Shown here: positions 12,890-27,355 of the stretch, one piece after another
Layout of the letters: each line of letters starts with the position of its first letter
Numbering within the stretch: the stretch's first letter is position 1
Assembly (NCBI RefSeq): GCF_006345805.1
Contig: NC_043001.1
Coordinates: forward strand, 12,028,001 to 12,092,000
Source of the DNA: Octopus sinensis
Lineage: Eukaryota
DNA: 64,000 nucleotides
Direction: 5' to 3'
The notes under the pieces: generated by a model
The model's input: only the letters and a program-made list of their open reading frames with translations
What the model was told of the DNA's origin: nothing
Databases searched by the model: none
Program-made: the position numbers and the translations under genes

Positions 12890-13427
12890 AATTTTAAATG
12901 TTGAAGTGAATCCAGCAGTTTTTGTGTTTTGAAATAGCTTATAAACACCTTCCACGCAACAATTGTTAATGACTTTCTTATTTTCAAGGAATGAAGAGTC
13001 AGTCATGTAGCTTTTAGCGCATGATTAATACCTGATTTCATGAAATAATCGAGAAATAATTAGAAAATTCACTATGGCAGATTTGAAATCACGCTTCTGC
13101 GCAACTTTTCCGGAGCGTTTTTGCCAACAAAAATCTGCAAGCATCACTTTTTCTATTGCCAAACGCTCTCATAGCAACGATTTTGCTGAGATGCCGTTTG
13201 TTTACTATCCTTCTCCAGTTGTTTTCTTTCTGTATTGTTCAGTTTTATTCTTTTAGGGTGTGGTCGTGCAGCTAAATAAAAATCTTTAATGGGATTCTGA
13301 CATCGTGAATTGAATAGTGGATATCGTGTAGGAAGAAAAAGCGAAAAACTAGATTCCCTTACTTTCTATTAAGGGTCTGAATTTAAAGTATTTTATGACG
13401 TGACTACTTCTATTTTGCTTCTGTCAG

Positions 13428-13507
13428 GAAGAATCTTTGAGAGAAACAGAGTAAATGAGGTCACAGAGTGTACCGAGAAAACTGTGATGAACGGAATCAA
13501 ATACTTG
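13428..13507 (+). CDS. Candidate coding exon ((G)RIFERNRVNEVTECTEKTVMNGIKYL)
   Basis: Acceptor ttctattttgcttctgtcag, donor TTG|GTAAGT; a single open frame, phase 1 in and phase 0 out. Confidence 0.55.
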
Positions 13508-13774
13508 GTAAGTTAATTAGACAGCTAACAAGCTAATTGGCTGATAGTGATAACACTTGTGTAATTTAGATAATGCGCCTTTATACACATACAAGACCCA
13601 AACAACCAGACAATAACTCAAAAGCAACCATCCTTCATGTATGTATAGAAGTAATTGTGTGTTTATATGTATCTAAACACACAAACACACACAAACATAT
13701 ATACGTACATGTATACATAAATATATATATGTACACACACACACCACACACACACACACCACACACACACACAC

Positions 13775-13809
<35 letters not shown>

Positions 13810-13954
13810 TATATATATATATATATTATATATATATATATATTGGCCTGCTAGCTTAGCCAGCGGGGTGGCGTCATTCGAAGGCTAAAACAATGCGAAC
13901 GCATTGTGACCAGCGATGTGTAACTACATCTGATGGACTGGTCGGTCACATGAT

Positions 13955-14011
<57 letters not shown>

Positions 14012-14204
14012 GTTCAAATTTACAGAAAATAAAATCGAAGACGGTGAAGGAAGACCAACCAACTTTATAAGTTTAAGGCTTGGGAGGGATGGAAACGCCT
14101 TGACATTTCGGGGCTTCGCCCTAGGATAGAAAGGAATGAGAGGGAAACATACGGAGAGAGAAAGAAGAGAAAATGTGTAAGGATTAACGGTCCAACATAA
14201 TGTG

Positions 14205-14308
<104 letters not shown>

Positions 14309-14326
14309 AGAAAGAGAAGGGCAACG

Positions 14327-16025
14327 AATGACCCGTCTATTTTTGCCTGTCCTTCTAATTCTTGTTTCTCCTGTCTGCCTTTGTATTGTCTATCTGTCTG
14401 AATATTCTATTGTCTTCTATTGCGTTTTGGTTCCATTTTTTATATATGCATATAGCGGCGTACGTACACACTTGTGCTCACCTTATGTTAGTTAGTTAGT
14501 TAGTTAATTTGGCTCAAAAGCAAATAGCAAGGCCATGTAGGGGGACATGGAGTTTGGTACAGGGTGGTGTTCATGTAAAGAGTTCAGGCCACTTGAGGTC
14601 AAGGGAGGCTTTGAACAAAGCGGTCGTCGGCATCTTCACCATCTCGTCTGGCAGCTTGTTCCACGGATCCGCAACCCGGACGGAGAAAGCTCCTCTCCTT
14701 CGATTGAGATGAAATCGTCGCAGGTAGAGCTTTTCGGAATGACCCCGCAGCCGACGCTCTGGAGCAGGAGTGAAGAACAGCTCTTTCGAGAGGTTACACT
14801 TTCCGCTTACAATGTTGTGGGCGAGAATGAGATCACCACGGCGGCGGCGTTTTTCAAGAGAATAAAGGTCGAGCGTCCTCAGCCTTTCTTCGTAGGACAA
14901 ATTTTTGAGACCATGAACCATGCGGGTAGCCAGCTTCTGGACTCTTTCGAGATGCTGTATGTCTTTGAGGAGATAAGGAGAAGAGGCTTGAATCCCATAC
15001 TCCAATATGGGTCTCACCAGCGTGACACAGAGTGGTAGGAATATGGCTGCTGTGAGCATTCCGAATGACCGTCGAATCAAGAACAGAATTCCGCGTGCTT
15101 TGTTGGCAGCATGGACGCACTGGGCCGAAGGCGAAAAGGAGGAATCCACCAAGATACCTAGGTCCTTTACCTGATCGGTCCTCTCCAACAGCAGACGGCC
15201 CGGTTCGAAATCAAGTTGAGTTGCAGGAGTAGAGCCGACAGGCAGATGACAGCACTTTGACACGTTCAGACACAGGTCCCAATTGTTAGACCACTTCCAA
15301 ATTTGGTGGAGGCATCGACGACGATCCTCTATATTACAGTAGGTATGTATCTAAATTTCGTTCGACACTTACTCTATCTTTAGTACTCCTCACACTTTCT
15401 TTTCCTCCCTCCCACTATCTTTCTCACATTTCTTGGCCCTCTCTTTAACTCGCACTTTTCCCTCTCGCTTAACTACCGTTTACATTTCCCTTTGTGTCTG
15501 ATATTTTTTCTAATCCTTCAAGCCCGCTCCTTCTACCTCTCTCTCCTCCTTCCACGTGACCGGTGTTAAGCGAGCCATGATCTATGTTTCTTGGCCTGAC
15601 TCCCGACTGCCAACACTTCTTATGTCAATCTCCTACGTTCCTGCCTTAAGGCTTTCAATTCATACATGCCAGCTCAATTTTATTCTTTCTCAGTCGAAAG
15701 AACCTGTTGCTATATTCTTCTTTTTGTATTCGTCATTTTGTACCATGTTCTCCATTTTTTATCTTTTTTGCGGTACACATTCATTAGCTTCCTTACGAAA
15801 ACGTCTAATGCTCTTAGCATAGAATTTTTGGGGGTCAGCCAGATCGAACTGTCACAAGTCGAAACAGTAATGACGTCTGGTATACTTGACTGAGGACTGA
15901 AGTTCACAAATGACCCATCTTTGTTTGCCTATCCTTCCAATTGTTGCGTCTCTTCTCCGCCTTTGTATCGTTTATCTGTTCGAATTTCTTATTGTCCTCT
16001 ATTGCGTTTTTCTTTCATTTTATAT
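14327..16025 (+). mobile_element. Older terminally redundant PLE-type element hosting the L2 insertion
   Basis: ~100-bp diverged direct repeat (14327-14428 vs 15908-16010), a CT-rich body, and motifs shared with the 3308-5467 unit; ends at (TA)n. Confidence 0.5.
14487..15338 (-). mobile_element. CR1/L2-type LINE, 5'-truncated
   Basis: ORF 14571-15263 (KCCHL...VKDLGILVD...), extending upstream to IWKWSNNWDLCLN; (TAAC)n tail. Confidence 0.9.
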
Positions 16026-16386
16026 ATATTCATATATATATATATATATATATATATACACGTCTGAGTGTGTATGTGTGTGTGTATGTGTGTGTGCGTG
16101 TGTTTGTGATCCTGAGATCCTCCGTAACGAAGACTCTTAGTTAATGCTCAGAAGATTCAAACTTAGTCTTCAATGTCTTTACAAGGGGTCATTTCGCGAG
16201 GTCAAGAAATGTTGTAAGAGGCTGTGTGTGTATAGAAACAACTTTACGGATAAACAAAATTAAGCACATGAAATATATAAAATACATCAATTAAAAATAT
16301 ATATGTAGCAATATTTGGAAACTTTCAGTTATTGTATTTTTATGCATGAATATATAGACGTTTATATTAATAAGCCCAACCTCCAG

Positions 16387-16402
16387 AGAGTACAAACGAC
16401 AG
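16387..16402 (+). CDS. Candidate microexon (RVQTT); may extend to 16537
   Basis: ctccag acceptor, CAG|GTAAAT donor, phase 0 to 1. The frame stays open to 16590. Confidence 0.25.
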
Positions 16403-16892
16403 GTAAATTAAAGGAGTGGAAGAAAGGTGCTTCTGGGAGCCAGGTGACTCATAATAATTTTGGTAGATTTAGTTCATCACAACATGCGATCGTATGGATG
16501 CAATTAACATTGTATGAGCCAAGCCTCCGTCAACAGGGTAGCGAAGATCTTGCATTACAGATTTTAATGCAGAAAAGATCAAGGATGTAATACACACCAT
16601 AGTGATGGTTCGCTGTGGAAAGATCTGCTTCTGATCTCATTAAAGACCTGTGAATGTCGGGAAAATCTGGAGCAGATTCCTAAAGACAAAGATAGCTCCA
16701 ATTGTTTGGCTCAATAAAAGGAGCTCCAATTGTTTGGCTCAATAAAATAAGAAAGAAAACGTATTTTTTTCGATCCAAGAGCGTAGCATCAAAACGTCAA
16801 TGTTCGTTTCCGTCCTTCCCGAACGTTGGACTGATAGAGTGCTTGCTGTTCCTTCACCTATCTTCGAATTTGCTTTCTGCTAATTTGAACCG

Positions 16893-16988
<96 letters not shown>

Positions 16989-17285
16989 ATGTTTGTATGT
17001 ATTTATGTATTATATATATATATATATATATATAGCTTCCCTATTTACGACTAGTGTTTTATGCCGATGGAGTTAAACATCCGAGATATTATTCGTTTTG
17101 CTACACCTAGCCATCGGAAATGTTGCGGTTAAAACACAAAGAGAAGTAGAAAATATGGCAGCTGAGTAATATCAAGGAGTTTTGATACATGGGTGATCAG
17201 TCCGTTTGTAGATTGTAAAGAGTTAAGTGTCCAAACTTATGCATAAAATGTTATGCGACTTCTTTCATTGCCTTCAGCTTTTCAG

Positions 17286-17324
17286 ATCTCTCTACATTTT
17301 CGTACCGTACACCACAGTGGAAAT
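17286..17324 (+). CDS. Candidate 39-nt exon ((D)LSTFSYRTPQWK or ISLHFRTVHHSGN)
   Basis: Long pyrimidine tract ending ttttcag, donor AAT|GTATGT. All frames are open. Confidence 0.4.
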
Positions 17325-18011
17325 GTATGTTAAGTATAAAAACATATTAGGAGTAATCAATAGATAGCCTATCCACCTTTAATCCTCTATTATTCCTACA
17401 ATGCAAGTAAAGAAAGTGATTTGTTCGATAAGTATTGTTCGTCTTCCCATAAATTACTTATTATATTCTATAGGGTTGTGGAGATATTTAGATAATTTTA
17501 AATATTATATACTTCAATAGAAAGGTTATCAGATTCGGGGAGACAAAATATTGAAGTATGTTTAAACAGTTTGCTCATGTTAAATGGAACAATATATTTT
17601 CAAGAAAATCCTAAGCAGTAATAGAAGAAAAATAAACGCAAAACGTTTCGTAAACTCTTCTTTGTAATTTCTTGACACTCGATTTCTCGTTTCAGTATTT
17701 AGCCATTTATCTCTTTCAAGTTATGGGTGTAATGGCAACGGGAATCAATGAAATGTTTTCAATGGCCCTTAAACGTTTACCACAAAAGAAACAAAAACGT
17801 CTGAGGAGGAGCAAGATTATATACATACACACGCTCGCACACACACACATATCTACTACATAGGTGGGAAATTCTGTGTGTGGGTGTGTTTGTGGAGTTG
17901 TTAGCTAACTCCACCTATATTGTTTTATCGAGTTTGATGAAATTTGACACAGTAGAAGTTATGTCTGGAAACCTCACGAAAAAATCGATAATTGGGCCCG
18001 TTGTAGGGATT

Positions 18012-18090
<79 letters not shown>

Positions 18091-20045
18091 TATTTTAAAA
18101 GCCAAGGTAAATAACCCATTCACCCCTGGAAAGTATCCTTATATATAGCCAAGGCAACTAACCCATTCATTTTCTTAAATATTTTGGCTTATATCAAATT
18201 CTGTATGCTTATTTCTTAGTATTTGAACTGTTACAATTATTTTCACAATATATCCAGTACAACCCTGAGACATGTAAATAGTATTTTCCTAAACAATATA
18301 TCCACTTACGCCCTTTAGTCCCTTATTCACGAATATATCAACACTTTTAATATTTCATGTGTAAAATGCTGACAGTCACTTCTCTATTTCGGTTTTCACA
18401 TCTTCGTTAGATGGTGCTATGAGTTTCATTGTTCGGTGGGCCTAACCTTTAGAAAGCAGTGCTCTTGGAATTTGCGAGGCCGCGTAATCTAATATTTTGG
18501 TACCGTCTACGTAAGAAGGGGAATTCGATGTGTATAAAGGGGGTTATGGGGAAAATGGGAGGGAAGTGTTTCTTCGTAAAGTCTGAGGTGTTAGAAAGTT
18601 GTGGTGAGGAGATATTAGTTTGTTATAGAAATTGCGTTATTGGTCATGGTTCGTTATTCTTTAGGATATAAGGCTATATATGAATATATTAAAACAAAGA
18701 ATCCGTCGATTATTACAAGTTGTGATTTACATGAAGAGCTAGAATTTATTTGTATAGCTTAGATCATATACGGTTTCAATTTGTGCTAAGGACGCACGTA
18801 CTACTTACTTTTGTACTGGCGCGTAAATTCCGTATCGGTTATGGAAATGTTTCAACAAGTCTCTCAGCAGCGCCATGGAAATCACGTGTCTATGATGTTT
18901 TAAAAATTATCTTCATAGCACTGGTTTAAGTTATTTAATAATATCCTGTGCTTATCAAACTCTACATGGCTAGTCCCCATTTACTCTGTGGGAAATTTTA
19001 AGCGCGAGTTTCGTATGCATTTTCCATTGTATCTTTCGTTAGTTCGTAATATGTTGGATGAAAAACTATCAGTTTCCATCTCACAATTTGGGTTGTGTAC
19101 CTGTATGGTGAATAGCTTTTAACTCACCCAACACCTGCTTTTACTTTTATGTTCAGTGGTCTGTCACACTTTCTCATTATGAAATATGACCATTGTTACA
19201 AATAACAGCTGTTTCATTCTGTTTCTGGGTAAAATGCTAATAAAAGATTTATTTCCACATGTTTAATAGCTAGTTCTTTTTCCATGCACATCCAGTCGAA
19301 ACATCTTTCCCACGCCGCCAACAACATAATGCGACACGAGGAATGTTTTGTTATAATGTAGGCAATGAATAATTAAATACACACATACAGTCCATACGTA
19401 TAACGGCAAAATCGCAAACCATCTAAATGACCATCTAACACAGGCAAATTCCGAGGAGTAGATTGAATATTTGATCAAGAAAGACCCAAGGAAGGACAAC
19501 TGCAGTTGAAACTTATTGATATATTGTCTATCTCAAGCTGTAACAGAAATTAGAAGCAAGCAATTTTTTCTGAGTAAATTTACATTCATGTGGGGCGAAG
19601 TAATTAACTACCTATTCAACTAAAGATGTTGAAGGAACATTCAAACGACGTCGAAATCACTTGTTCATGGGCAAAAGTATGATGAACGGCAGATAACGGT
19701 AGATTAATCTATTCATGGTGTTGACCAACTGAAAAGAAGCCATGATGCTGCGCGAGCATTGGACTATAGAGCCACTGAAGATGCTGATGCGGTTTTCTCT
19801 TATGCTAAACATTTTCAGAGTTAGTATGTTGTCCTACATGTTTAACATTCAATCACTGGGGCCTGTAGCCGTTGACAAATATGTTTTCAAAGGAATTATT
19901 CTTGTTTGCCTAGATATTTCTTATCGCGTTAATAACAATATGAATGACAGAAAGCTAAAATCCGAATGCTTAAACTGGTCTTCATGCACGAATTTAAGAT
20001 ATTTGCAAAGTAAAAGTCAATACATTTAATATAACAACTAAGGTC

Positions 20046-20438
20046 TTTACTTGTTTCAGTCAGTTGACTGCGGCCATGCTGGAGCACCGCCTTTAATCGA
20101 GCAACTCGACCCCGGGACTTATTCTTTGTAAGCCCAGTACTTATTCTATCGGTCTCTTTTTGCCGAACCGCTAAGTGACGGGGAAATAAACAAACCAGCA
20201 TCGGTTGTCAAGCAATGCTAGGGGAAAAACACAGACACACAAACATACACACACATATATATATATACATATATACGACGGGCTTCTTTCAGTTTCCGTC
20301 TAGGAAATCCACTCACAAGGCTTTGGTCGGCCCGAGGTTATAATAAAAGACACTTGCCCAAGGTCCCACGCATTGGGACTGAACCCGGAACCATGAGGTT
20401 GGTAGGCAAGCTACTTACCACACAGCCACTCCTGCGCC
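20046..20438 (-). mobile_element. SINE family A
   Basis: Full-length reverse copy. Confidence 0.9.
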
Positions 20439-21001
20439 TGTTGCAAATACATTCGAATGGGGATTGGTATATAAAATGTGCAAGACAGTGAGGGCCAGTT
20501 TCAATGGCATAAAAGATCGAATTATCTAGTTGTACTGCGATTCGATGCTTTGTGTAAGGAAAGGAAGGGAAAATGAAAACAATAAATTTCCAGTACTTAA
20601 AGCTTGTGTAGAAGACAGCACGTGATTGAATGGATTCGATGAGATTGAAACATGAGCAGATGACGACATGCGTTATAGAGGCTCACTATAAAGAAATCAT
20701 TTGTGCAGCTCGTTCGGACTCTCCCGTTTTGCTGCGGTGTATGCACTATTGTGAGTTCCTTTTGTTGTTGGGGTAGTGCACACATCCCGGTACTGTATTG
20801 CCTCAGCTCATTGCGAAATAGGATCTAGCTGCAATTATTTCTTGTATTATATTTTGTATCGTGTGCTGTGTGTGTAATGCGAGTTGTGTTCTTCTGTTGG
20901 GTACTCGGCCTGTAGAGTTCAGGTTGTGGTGGTTGTTCATTTCATTGGATATTTACTGTATAGAGTATGTCTCGTTTTTGTAGATTGTTTTGTTTAGACA
21001 G

Positions 21002-21038
21002 TATTATCGAATAGATACTATCTTCCGTCCGATATAAG
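21002..21038 (+). CDS. Candidate exon ((L)LSNRYYLPSDI(R)); alternative acceptor at 20998
   Basis: ttgttttgtttagacag acceptor, AAG|GTACGC donor; the only open reading ends in phase 2. Confidence 0.3.
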
Positions 21039-21329
21039 GTACGCTAACAGCGCTATTTCTTTGATAGCATGTTGTGTTGGGGATCAAGATATAGCTACAT
21101 CTTTTTTCTTTATACGTCTCTTTTTCTATCATATCCAGTGATCTAAGTATTTATTTATTTATTTTTTTTAAAAATTTATTTTATCTACTTTCAGCTCACG
21201 AGCTGTGGCCATGCTGGGGCACCGCCATTTGGTGTTGCTACATGATTTTACTTCACGAATGCTTTTTAGCAACTGCCATTTGGTGCATCAGAGAGTTCGA
21301 TGCAGCTGCCCTCATCTGCACCTCATCAA

Positions 21330-21720
21330 TATTACTGTTATTGTTTTCAACTTCAACGCCTTAGACTTGAATATTTAATTTTCAAGGTCTTTGTACTTTG
21401 AGAATTTCTCCACTATTTTTAGGGAAGCATTTTGCTCAGAAAGGGACTGCGATGTCTATCAGTAAAGAGGCGATCTTTATTCAACCTTAGATTGTTATCT
21501 CTGGGAGATTAGCTCTCATTTCTTTTCAGTTTGAAGATGATTGTGGCCTGGTCGTTGCCTTGCACATTATTTGGCACATGTTTATAGTATTACTTCTAAG
21601 GTTTTATGTTGTAGTGTTGGCATATTGTCCAGTGGATATAGCTACTTACTCAGTCAAATCTGTATATATAATCAGATTTGACAGGAACACCTGGAAGGAT
21701 TGAGTATCAAGGCAGATATG
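21330..21720 (-). pseudogene. Decayed R4/Dong/NeSL-type LINE restriction-like endonuclease fragment
   Basis: Broken frames give LIDIAVP...VEKFSKYKDLE, the RLE-clade C-terminal motif. Confidence 0.55.
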
Positions 21721-21998
21721 TGAATGGTTAAAGAAACCTGCTTGTAACATTTCGTTATTCGTTTGTTAAGAAGGAAAGCACGAAGAATTTTAAAGATGAA
21801 TGACCCTAATACGTCGCAGGCAACAGAGAACATGTATTTGGTCAGGCGAATACATCAAGCAAAACGTAGGGGAAGTATTCCAGTCTTGATATTATATGTT
21901 GTAAGTACAGATTACATATAATAGCAAAGACCACTGTTAACTTCAGCAGAATTCGATTCCTAATAATACTGTTGTTTCTGATTTTGTTACGCAACCAG

Positions 21999-22050
21999 CA
22001 ATTCCGAAGTCATGGAGATACTCAATGACATTGGATAAAGGATTTGAATG
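21999..22050 (+). CDS. Candidate exon (IPKSWRYSMTLDKGFE(W)); coding-like to ~22212
   Basis: Acceptor tttctgattttgttacgcaaccag, donor ATG|GTATTA; only one frame is open (phase 1 to 2). Confidence 0.35.
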
Positions 22051-24046
22051 GTATTATGTCTTTCGTTCTTTCGGAATGGACAAAACACAGCTAAACTTAC
22101 CGGGATATGGATTCCGAATATAAATAGCAAGAATAAATATTTCAGCTCATTTATTCCGGCACTTTTGTCAGAGACAAATGTTTCTATCACAAACACAAGA
22201 TCACACAACCAGGTTATAATTAATTATATTTAACTTGGGTTATACTTAATTATAGCTAATGTTATAGTTAATTACATTGACTCCAGTGCTTGACACGTGT
22301 TTTCCCCCTTGAACTAGTAGGTGGTAGATTGTTTTATGGATAAATTGTTCTACATCCACGTCAATGTGAAGTGGTAAATCGACTAATAGGAGAAATGGAA
22401 GGCCTCAGTTAGCTTACAGAATTCTGCTTTCCAACTAGGTATATATTTGTTGTTGTAATTCACATTTGGTCAATATAAATTTTTGAACCACATTTAAATG
22501 TATGTCGCTAAAATTCTACTATTGTCACTCGTAAATCGGCAAACACAATAGACAAAAGCATACACCGATACAATATTATCGAATTCCAATCGCCTAAGAA
22601 CAACAAAATATATTTCGAGAAAATGTGTAACACAATATTGGTTCTTCGTGTTCTTAATTCTTTACACTTTTCACAATGGAGTTTTATTTACTTAGGTTTG
22701 TCAGACAAATGCAGGAAGAGACTGAGAACATTTGAATAGGATTTTTAATGTCTTCATATATTATTTAACGTACATCTGGTGAGGAAACATAAATAGGAAG
22801 CCATCCAGACTAGGAAAGATTGAAAATAAATTTTAAGACGGAGCTGCTTTCAGTAACGAACACAAACAACAAAATTTTGTTTATGAGGTGACATTTTGCA
22901 TGAATGGCTAAGAAACTCATTCTGCAGCTACTTCGTTTTAGGTTCAAACCTCCTGCATGGCACTTTACACAGGGTAGCGTCTTCTAATATGGTTACAGGT
23001 TGATCAATATATTCTGAGTGAACTTGAGAGGGAAGCTTCGTGGAAGCCCGTCGTATATGTATGTGTCTTTGTGCGTGTGTTCCTCAATCGCACACATCAG
23101 CTTTAACCCTTTAGTTACCAACCCGGCTGAAACCACCTCTGGCTCTATAGAACAAATGTCTTATTTCCATAAGTTTTGAATTAAAATCTTCCACCAAAGC
23201 TTAGTCATAATTTATGTTCTTAATACTAGCTGAATAATAATTAAGTTATATTAAGTTCTTTTTTTATATTTAGAATTCATTGAAAGAAACACAGAGCATC
23301 TCAAAATATATACGATAACGAAAGGGTTAAATCTGGTGTTGATTTTATTTACGTCGTTGCAAAAGAGACCAGTAGATCAAATGCTAGACGTAATTAAAAA
23401 CAAACATAACTACTGTGGTCAATTCTTTCGAAAACTTCTCATCTAGGCGTTGCCTGCGTGTGATCGAATCCCAATGACCGAATGCAGTAAAAGATAAATT
23501 CTCCAGTTGCAAAACCAAACGACATAGCAAAAACGATCGAAGATACCGGAAATGAATACGCCATGGTTCTTAAACACGTAATACAAAAGTACAGAGTATT
23601 TGATTTGATTTGATTTTCTCACATTAGCGAAGAGGTGTTATTTAGCGTGCACTAAAATATACTAGTAAATATACTAGTAAATATACAAGTAAATATACTA
23701 GATAGGAACACCTCACACGTTTCTTTATCCGATACGTCTATTTACTTGATATTGTGTGGAATGTTTCCCCTCTTGACAAACCGCTCGTATTAAAATAAAA
23801 GTTAAATACTAACAGAATGGTGATTAGTAACTTCAGTCCAACGGAACTCTTTGATATCGTGAGAATATAAACAGACTAACTACTTTTCCCTGCAATAGAT
23901 CAGGTGATATATTCATTACCGATGAGACTACAATACGGGTCAAAAGTCGATGAAGACTTTTCCTATTTTCAGCCTACAGAGAGATAAGTACAGTTGGCAT
24001 GTTTGTTTAGTCTACTATTAGCAATATAATATCACAATAAATTTAT

Positions 24047-24288
24047 ACTCTTTTACTCTTTTACTCGTTTCAGTCATTTGACTGTGGCCATGCTGGAGTA
24101 CCGCATTGAGTCGAGCAAATCGATCCCAGAACTTAGTCTTTGTAAGCCTAGTACTAATTCTATATATATCTTTTGTCAAACCGCTAAGTAACGGGGATGT
24201 AGAAACACCAGCATCGGTTGTCAAGCGATGTTGGGGGTGCAAACACAGAAACACAAATATATACATACACATACACACACACACACAC

Positions 24289-24347
<59 letters not shown>

Positions 24348-24502
24348 CTTATATACGACGGGCTACTTTCAGTTTCCGTCTACCAAATCAACTCACAAGG
24401 CTTTGGACAGCCCGGGGCTATAGTAGAAGACACTCGCCCAAGGTGCCACGCAGTGGCATTGAACCCGGTACCATGTGGTTGGTAAGCAACCTACTTACCA
24501 CA
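24047..24502 (-). mobile_element. SINE family A
   Basis: Reverse copy with a truncated head. Confidence 0.85.
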
Positions 24503-25410
24503 TCGTCAATCAATGTTCCACGTTTGCGTAATTTCTGACACAAGTTAACCTCTTAAAGTCTAACTTGAAAGTAATGCGGAATATGGATGAGTTCCATGAC
24601 AGTTGAACAGCAGTGCACGTAAGTATCCTTAAATAGTAAGTATATATTATTTATTAGATGCACCGACGTAAGAACATAAAAATAACAGCGTTAATATTTA
24701 ACAATCTATCCAAAACAGAAAAACACATTGCCAAATGTTTGGTCACTTGAGAGCAAAAACATTATCAAAAATGATGTATCAGTCTGATATATGCTATTCT
24801 TGATAGATATTTTGCTGCACAATTCAACTCATGTTTACCACCAAAAAGAAGATGCTTTAAAATTTATATTAACGTTATAGCGATACGTTTGTTATTCCTG
24901 GCATTGTAAAATAATTCTGGTGTGGATTTATACGTGTATCTATTTACTTATCGTGATATAAAGTAGCATTACTTCCATTACAATTTATTACAAGGATTCA
25001 CAGCATATCAGCCCCAGGAAATATCAAAGAGCGTCAACATGCAATAAATGTAATGAGGTGAAATGGAGTCTGGCGCTTTCTATACTATAAACGCACCAAT
25101 GAATAGATATCGCATAATGATCGCTAATAAATATAATTGAGATTACGTAGGCATATATACACATATTAAACAATATGTTCATGTGGAAAGACGAGGGTTA
25201 ATATTCAAAAATATAATGGTCTCACAAAATGTAACGATTTGGGAATCCTTCGCAGACTATGGAGGTAAATCTCGCTCTCTTTCTTTCTCTCTTTCTCTCA
25301 TATATATTTGCTATAATAAAAATGTTTTTTCATAACAATTTGAAAGATAACACGATACATATGGTAGAGTACAAATACACAATCCTTTAGGAAGAATAAT
25401 ATTGGCAGTA

Positions 25411-25561
25411 GGCGTAGGAGTGGCTATGTGGTAAGTAGCTTGCTTACGAACCAGATGGTTCCGAGTTCACTCCCACTGCGTTCTCCACTATAGCCTCGGG
25501 CCGACCAAAGTCTTGTCAGTGGATTTGGTAGACATAAACTGAAAGAAGCCCGTCGCATATA

Positions 25562-25648
<87 letters not shown>

Positions 25649-25877
25649 GTGTGTGTGTATGTTTGTGTATCTTGTTTGTCCCTCAACATCTCTCAACAAC
25701 AGATGGTGGTGTGTTTACGTCCCCGTAACTTAGTGGTTCGGCAAAAGAGACAGATAGAATTAGTACTAAGCTGACTAAGAATAAGTCCTGGGGTCGATTT
25801 GCTCGACCAAAGGCGGTGCTCCAGCATGGCCACAGTCAAATGACTGAAACAAGTAAAAGAGTAAAAAAGAGAGTAAA
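25411..25877 (+). mobile_element. SINE family A
   Basis: Forward copy with a small internal deletion. Confidence 0.9.
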
Positions 25878-26170
25878 ATAGTAGTGACTTCGAAATTTTC
25901 GCCTGTTCAGCCATCATCCGGTTGCGTTGTATTTGAGTTCATCTGTTCGATAAAATTTTAGAGTTATGTTAAATAATAATTAGGTTTTATGGTAGGTTTC
26001 CACCCAGAAACTCGAGTCCGTGCGTATCACTTAAGGGTAGGGATGGGAGCGATGACCCCCGCTTCGCAAATACTCATCGGACACGCTGTGTGTCGTTAGT
26101 CAGATGGGGAGGATGTTTTCCTGGGGATAGAACTGTATAGGACTCCACACTTAGTTGGCAAATATATGTT

Positions 26171-26204
<34 letters not shown>

Positions 26205-26702
26205 TCATAAATTAGGGTGAAAAATTAGATATAATTTATAATACCAAAGTTAACACCAAGTGGCCTAGCACAAAAAAACCAGGGAGTCAGTACAAATTTA
26301 TACGTAAATATAAGAGAGTTACGTTAAGTGGTTAACTCTAGTGCTAGAAATAGCTCCTTATTCTGGTATAGCCACCGAAGTTGTTTCCACAAAAGAAATA
26401 ACATTACCTTCAACGTAAGGAAAGCGAAATACAACGAAAAGATAGATTATGCTGAACAATTGTTTCTTTATCATATATAATATGCATTATCTCACATATT
26501 TATCTATAAGTCATCCGAAGCATTTGTCCTCGATACAATTATATATAATATATATATATAATATATATATATATCTATATATATATATATATAGTATATC
26601 GATATATAGATAAATAGGGATATATCAATAGATATATATAAATATATCATATGATATATTATGTCTATATATATTATATATATAATTATTATATATAGTA
26701 TG

Positions 26703-26740
<38 letters not shown>

Positions 26741-27242
26741 TTAATAATATATTATATATATATATGTATATATATAGTAATTATATATATATATATATAT
26801 ATATATCCTACAAGAATCCTGTTTAGTAAATCGTTTAACAAAACTTAACTATTATAGAGCGCATGTGTATATGCCTCTCTCTTTTGTGGTGTGTTAGAGA
26901 AAATAGCCTGATTTCCAAGAAGGACACATTGATACTAAATATTGAATTCGATTTGACTGAATTAAACAATAAAGGCCATCTAATCAAAATACCAAGACTG
27001 CATTAATTATTTTCATTTAAGTAGAGACATAGTTTTTCTGTAGCCTAAAGCATTAGATCTTTTCTATTCTGTGGTATTTGGTTACAGTGATCTCGCAAAA
27101 TAAAGAGTAATCTAATTGCCGCAAAACAATCACTCTGTTACTTTATCGTTGTTGCTATTCCTTAATTGTCATCACAACGCAGCGAAGCGCTCGCAAATAT
27201 CTAGAGACATAATATGTTATATATATATATATACTCCTGCGC

Positions 27243-27275
<33 letters not shown>

Positions 27276-27284
27276 CTCCTGCGC

Positions 27285-27320
<36 letters not shown>

Positions 27321-27355
27321 TATATATATATATATACAGAGAGAGAGAGAGAGAG

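Larger units (their letters stand above)
12094..12965 (+). mobile_element. Palindromic (foldback) repeat element interrupted by an insertion
   Basis: Same family as 54282-54580 in the opposite orientation; the right arm is split at AATTTTAAAT. Confidence 0.75.

Noticed and set aside
19440-19510. IEYLIKKDPRK resembling TAF13
   Set aside because: The match is too short, is flanked by stops, and does not extend.
23899-23953. Exon after a strong branch point and acceptor (SGDIFITDETTIR)
   Set aside because: The donor GTCAAA is very weak and the exon is not needed for a phase-consistent model. It could be an alternative terminal exon (AATAAA at 24036) but is unsupported.
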